Positions 56,960 to 64,000 of a stretch of DNA of 64,000 nucleotides are shown here, piece after piece. Source of the stretch: Bradymonadia bacterium (GTDB lineage: Bacteria; Myxococcota_A; Bradymonadia; UBA7976; UBA1532); contig JBKAGE010000003.1 of the NCBI GenBank assembly GCA_046290225.1, forward strand, positions 1-64,000, in the 5' to 3' direction. The translations under genes were made by a program, and so were the position numbers. The notes under the pieces were generated by a model. The model was given only the letters and a program-made list of their open reading frames with translations. It had not been told where the DNA came from and ran no database searches. How positions within the stretch are numbered: position 1 is the first letter of the stretch; the number at the start of each line of letters is the position of its first letter.

Positions 56960-59619
56960 AGAGATGCTCCTGTGGGGGGATCGTGCAGGACCGCCGCCTG
57001 AGCAGAGGCGAGGCGGGCCTGGGGAATCTGATGAGGCGGACAGCAGATGAAGTCCACCCCATGACGCTCGATCCAGCGGATCGAGTCGGGATCGCTCGTC
57101 TGCTCCCCGGCAATGCCGAAGCGCACCTCCGGGGTGCTCGCCCGAGCCTTGGCGATGGCCAGCTCGATGAGCGGCCCCACCCCCTCTTCGTCGAGGGAGA
57201 TGAAGGGATCGTGCTTGAGCACCTCGCGCTCGAGATAGAACGGCAAAAAGCCCGCCCCATCATCCCGGCTGAAGCCAAAAGTGCTCACAGTGAGATCATT
57301 GGCGCCGAAGAGCAGGAAGTCTGCGGACCTGGCCAGCTCGCCGGCGATGAGGCACGCACGGGGCAGCTCCACCATCACGCCCACCTCGAGAGGGATAAGC
57401 GGCACCTCCCGAGCAGCGCACAGGGTCTTGACCACGCGCTCCAAGCGGCGGCGGATCCGCACCAGCTCGGGTACGGCCACCACCACGGGGATCACCACCT
57501 GAATCGGGGCGGTGCGGTTGAGCTCGATGGCCGCTTCCACCATGGCCCGCCCTTGAACCTCATACACCTCGGGGAACAGCAACCCCAGACGCACCCCTCG
57601 GTGTCCGAGGGCGGGGTTGTCCACGTTGAGCTGCCGTACACGGGCTTCGAGGACCTCCACCGGCAGCTTGAGCTGCTTCGAGAGGGCCTCGAGCTGGGCC
57701 ATCGTCGTGGGCAGGAAGTCGTTCAGAGGCAGATCGAGCAACCGGATGATCACCGGCTTGTCCGCCGTGCACGCGAAGATGGAGGCGAAGTCGTCTCGTT
57801 GAGCGGGCAAAATGCGGTCGAGGGCTGCGCGGCGACCACCCTGGCTCTCCGCGAGCACCATCTCGTGGAGCAGGGCCACCCGGGCAGGATCGAGGAACAT
57901 GGGCTCTGTGCGACACAGCCCGATGCCCCCTGCCCCTTCAGAGATGATCTCTGGCGCATCGGCGGTGCGATCGAGGGTGCCCATCACATCGAGCCGTCGC
58001 CGCTCGTCGGCCCACCGCATCAGGGTGCCGTACGCCGCAGGCAGCTCCGCAGGTGTGGTGGCCGCGCGACCAAGGATGACCTCGCCCGTGGTGCCGTCGA
58101 GGGTGATCCAGGTGCCCTCAGAGACCACAAGGCCCTGACTGCGCACCGTGAAGCGACTGCCGCGCTCGTTCACCACGATGTCTGCACAGCCAGCCACACA
58201 GCAGACCCCCATGCTCCGCGCCACCAGCGCCGCATGACTGGTCATCCCGCCCCGGGCGGTGAGCACACCTGCTGAGGCCCGCATGGCCACCAGATCTTCG
58301 GTGGAGGTCTCTACCCGCACCAGAATGACCGGTGTTCCGGACTTGGATTTCTCCACAGCCCGCTCGGGATCGAAGACCACCACCCCGGACACTGCGCCCG
58401 GGCTCGCCGGTACACCTCGCCCGAGGATGCGACGTCGGGCGTCCACGTCGACGCAGGGGTGGAGCAGTCGACTGATCTGCGCAGGCTCCACCCGCATGAG
58501 GGCCTCGTCCCGGGAGATCAACCCCTCTTCCACCAGCTCCACAGCGGTGACCACCGCCGCCCGAGCACTCAACTTGGCGCTGCGCGTCTGCAGCAGCCAA
58601 AGCTTGCCCTGCTCCACGGTGAACTCGATGTCCTGTACATCGGCGAAGTGGCGCTCGAGGGTCCCTGCCAATCGCTGAAGATCTGCATGAACCTCAGGCA
58701 TCGTCACCGCCAGAGTCAGCTCGGGCGGGGTCACCTCATCAGGTTCGATCAGGTGAGGGGTGTGTCGACCACTCACCACATCCTCACCCTGGGCGTTGGG
58801 CAGGAACTCGCCGATCATGCTGCGGGCCCCGGTGTTGGGATCCCGAGTGAACAACACGCCCGTGCCCGAAGCCTCGGCGAGGTTGCCGAAGACCATGGCT
58901 TGCACGGTCACGGCGGTACCGGGCCGCTCTGGGATGGCGTACTGCCGCCGAAACTGCAGCGCTCGGCGGCTGTCCCAGGAAGACAGTACGCCCGCCACCG
59001 CACCGCGGAGCTGCGCCACTGGATCTTGAGGGAAAGGCTCGCCGGTCTCTTCCTCTACTCTGACCAGGTAGGCGCGCACGAGGCCCATAAGCAGCGGTTC
59101 GGGGAGCGCTTGTACCGAAGGCACAGCTGCAGCCTCGACCACCCCCTCACGGACGTGAGCCAAAATGGTGGGATCGAGGCCGATCACCGTCTCGGCGTAC
59201 ATCTCGACGAACCGCCGATAACAATCGTGTGCCGCTCGAGTGCCGATGGACTGGCCGAGGCCGTACACGGTGTGATCGTTGAGGCCCACGTTGAGCACAG
59301 TGTCCATCATGCCGGGCATGGAGATGGCCGCGCCCGATCGGACCGAGACCAGAAGGGGCGCAGTGGGATCACCGAACTGCAAACCCCGAGCTGCCTCGAT
59401 GTGACCGACGCCAGACTCGAGGAGCGCGTCGAGCTCGCCAGGCAGCTGGCTGCCGCCGTCATGAAACGCATCACACAGAGTGGTGGGCAAAGTGAAACCC
59501 GGCGGGACAGGGACCCCGATCCGGCTCATGGCCGCGAGGCCAGCCCCTTTGCCGCCGAGCACCGACACCATGTCGGCGCTGCCCTCTGCGGTGCCGTCGC
59601 CGAAGGTGTAGATCCGCAT
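56956..59619 (-). CDS. ppdK: Pyruvate phosphate dikinase homologue with an atypical C-terminal active site
   Basis: LGGKG, PVPPGF, PLLVSVRSG...SMPGMMDT, NAQGEDVV, QDIEFT, LLQTR, GGMTSHAA; C-domain reads GIAGEQ rather than GICGEH. Confidence 0.85.
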   Translation of the reverse strand: MRIYTFGDGTAEGSADMVSVLGGKGAGLAAMSRIGVPVPPGFTLPTTLCDAFHDGGSQLPGELDALLESGVGHIEAARGLQFGDPTAPLLVSVRSGAAISMPGMMDTVLNVGLNDHTVYGLGQSIGTRAAHDCYRRFVEMYAETVIGLDPTILAHVREGVVEAAAVPSVQALPEPLLMGLVRAYLVRVEEETGEPFPQDPVAQLRGAVAGVLSSWDSRRALQFRRQYAIPERPGTAVTVQAMVFGNLAEASGTGVLFTRDPNTGARSMIGEFLPNAQGEDVVSGRHTPHLIEPDEVTPPELTLAVTMPEVHADLQRLAGTLERHFADVQDIEFTVEQGKLWLLQTRSAKLSARAAVVTAVELVEEGLISRDEALMRVEPAQISRLLHPCVDVDARRRILGRGVPASPGAVSGVVVFDPERAVEKSKSGTPVILVRVETSTEDLVAMRASAGVLTARGGMTSHAALVARSMGVCCVAGCADIVVNERGSRFTVRSQGLVVSEGTWITLDGTTGEVILGRAATTPAELPAAYGTLMRWADERRRLDVMGTLDRTADAPEIISEGAGGIGLCRTEPMFLDPARVALLHEMVLAESQGGRRAALDRILPAQRDDFASIFACTADKPVIIRLLDLPLNDFLPTTMAQLEALSKQLKLPVEVLEARVRQLNVDNPALGHRGVRLGLLFPEVYEVQGRAMVEAAIELNRTAPIQVVIPVVVAVPELVRIRRRLERVVKTLCAAREVPLIPLEVGVMVELPRACLIAGELARSADFLLFGANDLTVSTFGFSRDDGAGFLPFYLEREVLKHDPFISLDEEGVGPLIELAIAKARASTPEVRFGIAGEQTSDPDSIRWIERHGVDFICCPPHQIPQARLASAQAAVLHDPPTGASL

Positions 59620-59808
59620 GCTCTCCCACGGTTCAAGGCTATGAAGAGTCGTCTTCTAACCGACCCACCAAGGCAGGGGCAAGCATGTGATGCCCTTGGG
59701 CCCTCGGATATTCCGGAGAACATGCTCCAAATCACCGCGAGAGCAAAAACTGGCGTGATACAGGCTTTGCCCCGAAGATGGACCCACATGTAGACCCTAG
59801 GAGCACAC

Positions 59809-60855
59809 ATGCCTTCATCAAGCCTCCTCACGCGCCCCTTGTGCTGGCTCTTGTCGGCGAGCGTGTGCATCGCATGTGGCGACGGCAAGCACATCGACGG
59901 TCTCCAGGATCCTGGCCCCGGCGAGATGAGCACCTCTGATGGTGATCTCGTCTTCTCCGAGCCTGATGATCTCGTCTCGGATACAGTTTCTGGTGGCGCC
60001 CTCTCGGTAGACGATGTGTGGTCTGAGGGTCTGCCTCTGGCCATCGATGGCCTTCAGTGGCGCGAGCCCGACGTGTTGTCGTGTCTGATTTCCATCGTCG
60101 ATCCTGACATCTCCAACCCCAGCTCCACCCTCGAGAAGGCTGACTACGCCTTTGCCGAGAACGAGGTCGAGTTGGGTCGAGAGGCGATCTTCGAGATCGG
60201 GGCCCTGGAGGCCCTCGACGTGGTGCTCGTCTTGGATCTTTCGAGATCGATGGTGGCCGGTGAGGTGGTTCGGGCGCTCAAGTCCGGCGCTCTGGGCTTC
60301 GTCGAAGCGCTCCCCGAAGCGTCTCAGGTCTCGGTGGTGCAGTTTGCCTCAGAGCACGCTCTGGCCCAGGATTTCTCCGCCGATCGAGAGGTACTCGAGG
60401 ACGCCATCGACGCGCTGAAGACTCCAGAGGGCCGCTCTGGCCAGTTCACCAACCTCTGGGGCGCCGTGCTTCGTGCCGGGCGCGCACTCTCCGCGCGAGA
60501 TGCGAACGCAGGCAAGGCCGTGGTCGTGTTCACTGACGGACTGGACAACGTCGCCGAGATCTCGGAAGAGGCCGCCGTCTCCATGCTGCGGGACAACGGC
60601 ATCATGACGTATGTGGTGAGCGTGGGAGAGCAGCCAGCGCCTCAGGCTCTGTCCGATCTCGCGGGATCCCGACGCAACTTCGTTGCCGAGGATGCTTCGA
60701 AGCTCCCTGAGCGGTTCACCCAGGTGGCCCACCTCTTGAGCCATGTGGTCAAGCTCACCTATGAGACCCCGAAGAAGTCGGGCGCTCACACGCTCCACGT
60801 GGACATCGACACCGGAAGGGATTCTGGTGGCTTCGCGCTGAAGTTCGAGCGGTGA
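59809..60855 (+). CDS. VWA-domain lipoprotein
   Basis: Lipobox-like CIAC, MIDAS DLSRS...T...FTDG; AGGAG RBS. Confidence 0.85.
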   Translation: MPSSSLLTRPLCWLLSASVCIACGDGKHIDGLQDPGPGEMSTSDGDLVFSEPDDLVSDTVSGGALSVDDVWSEGLPLAIDGLQWREPDVLSCLISIVDPDISNPSSTLEKADYAFAENEVELGREAIFEIGALEALDVVLVLDLSRSMVAGEVVRALKSGALGFVEALPEASQVSVVQFASEHALAQDFSADREVLEDAIDALKTPEGRSGQFTNLWGAVLRAGRALSARDANAGKAVVVFTDGLDNVAEISEEAAVSMLRDNGIMTYVVSVGEQPAPQALSDLAGSRRNFVAEDASKLPERFTQVAHLLSHVVKLTYETPKKSGAHTLHVDIDTGRDSGGFALKFER

Positions 60856-60864
60856 GCGAAGGCG

Positions 60865-61419
60865 CTACTCTTCTTCTTTGTTCTTACGCGACTTACGACG
60901 CTTCATCTTCACCGAAGCTTTGACATCAGGCTTCACCGGTGGGCCACCCTCCCCCTTGGCCGCCTTGTCATTGGGCACAAACCTGATCTCCGTGCTCACC
61001 TCAAAGGAGACGCTGGTGAGCACTTTGGTGAGGGCGTCCACGAGATCGACGTGATCGAGGAAGTCGCGGACTTCCTGGGACACCATGCGGAACAGCTCAT
61101 CTTTGTAGTCGTCGAGTCGACCGGTGAGCTTGTCGATCGTCTCCTTGGGCAGGGGCAGATCTTCGCCGAACCGCCGGATGCGGTCCTCGGTGGAGTCCAC
61201 CACTTCACTGCCCACATTGATCGCCCGACGCACCACCTCGGCGACGACGGTCTCGCGAATCTGCTCGTTGTTGAGCGCCTCGGCGCCCTGGTTCAGGGCT
61301 CGACGCACCACTTCGGGCAGGATCCCGTCGAAACGCCCCTTCTTGGGGCCTCCCTTTTTGTCGTTTGATTCAGGATCTATGGGCTCAGTGCCCTCAGGCT
61401 TCTCTTCATCTTGGGACAT
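60865..61419 (-). CDS. Hypothetical helical protein
   Basis: 184 aa ORF 3 nt after the upstream stop; LPKE...EVRDFL...EIRF pattern. Confidence 0.7.
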   Translation of the reverse strand: MSQDEEKPEGTEPIDPESNDKKGGPKKGRFDGILPEVVRRALNQGAEALNNEQIRETVVAEVVRRAINVGSEVVDSTEDRIRRFGEDLPLPKETIDKLTGRLDDYKDELFRMVSQEVRDFLDHVDLVDALTKVLTSVSFEVSTEIRFVPNDKAAKGEGGPPVKPDVKASVKMKRRKSRKNKEEE

Positions 61420-61422
61420 GCA

Positions 61423-62136
61423 TCACCGTGCGCCACTGGCAGGAGCGAGCGGGCTGCCCTCAGGCATGAGATCGACAGACAGCTCGGAAAATGATCGAGC
61501 GAGGGTGCGCTGCCCCGTTCGCCCGGCGAGATTTGATAGCCACCACCACAGGCTGGCGTCTGCGGCGCCCAAGGCTCCGGCAGCGGTGAGCGCTTCCCAC
61601 GCCTGCGGGCCCTGGCCGAGGGCCGCGAGGGCGCGCCCACGGGCCCACATCAGGCGGCCCCGGGTCGCCGCGCTCAACTTGGGGTCAGAGAGGGCCTGGC
61701 CCGCCATGTGAGCAGCGGTCCGCCACCGGCCCTCCTCGAGGGTGGCCTCGATGGCGGCGAGGTCGACCCCCGCCTGCCCCTTGTCTTGACGCATGGCCTG
61801 GGCGATGCGGGCCACGTCGGCCGATGCGGGAGCGCCACCTTCGTCGGAGGCCACTACGGAGAGGGCCTCTCTCTGAGCTGCGGCAGGCTTCTCGGCCAAC
61901 AAGCTCGACACCGCCAGACGGTGGCGGAGAGCCAAATCAGCTGGCTTGTGCTTCGCCGCTTTGGCATAGCCCGTTCGCGCTTCGCCATATCGACGGTCAG
62001 CGAAGGCCTCGTCTGGGCTCACTGCAGGTGCCACAGAGGTCTGGGCTGCCCCCTTCTGCGGATCCCCCGCGGGTGGGGCAGCAAGACTCACATCGGCCAC
62101 GAGGGCCGCCACCACTCCGAGCATCAGCCCACGCAT
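61423..62136 (-). CDS. Secreted TPR-like protein
   Basis: TGATG coupling to the upstream gene, signal peptide, Ala-rich TPR-like helices. Confidence 0.65.
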   Translation of the reverse strand: MRGLMLGVVAALVADVSLAAPPAGDPQKGAAQTSVAPAVSPDEAFADRRYGEARTGYAKAAKHKPADLALRHRLAVSSLLAEKPAAAQREALSVVASDEGGAPASADVARIAQAMRQDKGQAGVDLAAIEATLEEGRWRTAAHMAGQALSDPKLSAATRGRLMWARGRALAALGQGPQAWEALTAAGALGAADASLWWWLSNLAGRTGQRTLARSFSELSVDLMPEGSPLAPASGAR

Positions 62137-63533
62137 CAGGAGACCTCCATCATGGTCAGGCAATAAGGCAGGATCGCCCCGCCGGTGTCGTACAGCTCAC
62201 GGCTCAACTGGCACGTGCTCAACACCCCTTCAGAGATGCCAGGGACGCGAAAGAGGTGGCCGGTGATGCGATGACGACCGGGGGGGATCATGCCGCCGTT
62301 GGCGCCGAGGGTCACCGCAGAGGCGATGATGGCCTGGAACTTCGACGTCTTGGGATCGATGAGATCGAAGCCCGCCACTTCATAGACCAGCAGGCCCTCG
62401 GGCACAGTGGACAGCATCTCATTGAGGCCCAGCGTGCCGGGATCCATGACCAGACACCCGAGCCGGGGGCTCACCTCGACGTGCTCCACCCCCTGGCCAC
62501 CCTGGGAGCGACGATAGCCGTTCCCTGTAGGGGTCACACCGCGGGCCGCGGCTTCCTGATAGGTCACCAGCGTCTGTGTCAGCCGACCCTTGAGGATCAC
62601 CGGGATGCGCCGGGTGGGTGTGCCTTCGTCGTCAAAAGCCCGGCTCGTGGCGAGCCCGTCGAGGGTGCTGTCGTCGGCGAGGGTGATGTTGCGATCGGCC
62701 ACCATGGCCCCTGGCAACAGGGGCGAAGCGCCACACTCCGTCGCCGTCGTGGACAGCATGGGCTCCCCCACCCGCCTCAGGAGCAGCTCCATGAGCCTCG
62801 GGTGCAGCAGGACCGGCACTTGTCGCCCGGTGATGTGGCGGGGCAGCTGAACTCGCGCCGAAGGCATGTTCAGCCACGCCCGGGCCCCGAGCATCGCCAG
62901 GGGCAGGAACGAGTCGGGCAAATGCACCTGATGGAACAGCTCGCTGTACATCCCGTTGAAACGCAGTCGGGCGTCGAGATCTCCGTGGAGCGCGAAGACT
63001 GTGCCCTTACTGGTGGCCACCACTCGCGTCTGCACCGTGTAGACCACCCCCCCAGAGAGGCGCTCCAAACCGGGAGTCCGCGCGGCTTCATGGTGGGCGT
63101 TGTCACACAGCGCGAAGGCGAGGTGCTTCATCATCGCCTCGTCGGCGAGGGCGTCGGCGAGATCTGCGTCGAAGGTGAAAGGCGCGGGTCGACGCATGGT
63201 CGGGCGGGTGAAGCCGTTCACCGGGCCCTCAGGCCCCAGCTTCGCCATGGCCCCGTCGAGGGCCGTCGTCCAGTCACCCATGTCGAAGCTGGAAACGCCC
63301 GCCCTGCCCATGCGGCCGCGAGCGAGCACGCGGAGGCCCGCACGCTCGGACCGGATCGTGCGCATGGGGATCAAGCGATGGTCATGGAACATGAAGCCGT
63401 GTTGCAGGGTGCCGCAGAGCCACAGCTCGACGTCATCGGCCACCCCTCTGGACTTCGCCATGAAGGCCCGGGCGCGCTCGGCGAGTTGTTCGAGCTCGGT
63501 CAGCAAAACTGCTGAGGAGTAGTCACGGGTCAT
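62136..63533 (-). CDS. TldD/PmbA family protein (PmbA/TldE-like)
   Basis: GLRVL...GRMG, ITLADD, SRAFDDEGTPT, ILKGRL, TGNGYR; no HExxH. Confidence 0.82.
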   Translation of the reverse strand: MTRDYSSAVLLTELEQLAERARAFMAKSRGVADDVELWLCGTLQHGFMFHDHRLIPMRTIRSERAGLRVLARGRMGRAGVSSFDMGDWTTALDGAMAKLGPEGPVNGFTRPTMRRPAPFTFDADLADALADEAMMKHLAFALCDNAHHEAARTPGLERLSGGVVYTVQTRVVATSKGTVFALHGDLDARLRFNGMYSELFHQVHLPDSFLPLAMLGARAWLNMPSARVQLPRHITGRQVPVLLHPRLMELLLRRVGEPMLSTTATECGASPLLPGAMVADRNITLADDSTLDGLATSRAFDDEGTPTRRIPVILKGRLTQTLVTYQEAAARGVTPTGNGYRRSQGGQGVEHVEVSPRLGCLVMDPGTLGLNEMLSTVPEGLLVYEVAGFDLIDPKTSKFQAIIASAVTLGANGGMIPPGRHRITGHLFRVPGISEGVLSTCQLSRELYDTGGAILPYCLTMMEVS

Positions 63534-63623
63534 TCAGCGTCCACACAGGTCGATTCGTGGGCCTCCATCGCGAATTCGGGGCACCCTAACACGGCCTCCA
63601 TCGTCCCGAGAAGACACATGCAA

Positions 63624-63652
63624 TTGACAGCGGAGGGCCCTGATGTTACCCC
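63624..63652 (+). promoter_or_regulatory. Candidate sigma70 promoter of the nuo operon
   Basis: TTGACA-N17-TACCCC with a TG extended -10; the -10 match is weak. Confidence 0.35.
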
Positions 63653-63727
63653 TCCCGCGCATCCGGCAGGCCACCCTGCGTATCCCTATGGCACACCGGT
63701 ATACCCCCCGCCACGGAGGAACACCTG

Positions 63728-64000
63728 ATGTACGATCCGTACATCTCGATGATCGTACTGGCCTTGTTGGCCATCGTCATCGGGGCATCGATTCTGGTCC
63801 TGACACGGTTTCTTGGCCCATCGAACCCCACAGAGTCGAAGCTGGACACCTTTGAAACCGGCAATGAACCCGAGGGCGATGCCCGCGAGCGGTTCTCGAT
63901 CCGGTTTTATCTGGTGGCCATTCTGTTCATCCTCTTCGACATCGAAGTGGTGTTCCTTTTCCCGTGGGCGGTGCTGTTCCGAGACTACATCTCGATCGGC
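63728..64000 (+). CDS. nuoA: NADH-quinone oxidoreductase subunit A, 5' part (runs off the window; absent from the ORF track)
   Basis: [53 protein letters not shown]...[28 protein letters not shown]. Confidence 0.95.
   Translation, partial: MYDPYISMIVLALLAIVIGASILVLTRFLGPSNPTESKLDTFETGNEPEGDARERFSIRFYLVAILFILFDIEVVFLFPWAVLFRDYISIG

Noticed and set aside
59751..59766. sigma54-like TGGCGTGATACAGGCT upstream of the VWA gene
   Set aside because: GG-N10-GC spacing fits, but both boxes deviate from TGGCAC and TTGC; too weak in GC-rich DNA.

Overview
High-GC bacterial chromosomal segment, probably Myxococcota or a related deltaproteobacterial lineage. That placement is inferred from the DUF4388 proteins, Gly-rich stalked lipoproteins, CxDGxDNDxDG repeats and gene order. 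Most of the window is core genome: sspB-like, phoH, ybeY, zapA-ygfA-rny, tRNA-Lys(TTT) and tRNA-Glu(TTC), sucA-sucB, lgt-miaB, lon, yfgM/bamB-like, comM, era-der-mutM, a PmbA-like gene and the start of nuoA. Less ordinary content: (1) two stalked lipoprotein cytochromes, one with 10 CxxCH plus 1 CX4CH and one with CX4CH and CX5CH, and no neighbouring porin; (2) an elongated acyl carrier protein 3 nt upstream of a gene resembling cyanobacterial acyl-ACP reductase; (3) a full-length PPDK homologue whose pyruvate-site Cys is replaced by Ala, coupled to two large beta-propeller lipoprotein genes; (4) an apparently catalytically dead CHAT plus McrB-like fusion behind a GAF histidine kinase; (5) a small accessory block after the tRNAs that contains an orphan PWWKFW gene tail; (6) a structured intergenic region with an intrinsic terminator upstream of lgt, while the usual 6S RNA slot between zapA and ygfA is empty. 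I found no CRISPR array, integrase, transposase or rRNA. All family assignments come from reading motifs by eye; no searches were run.
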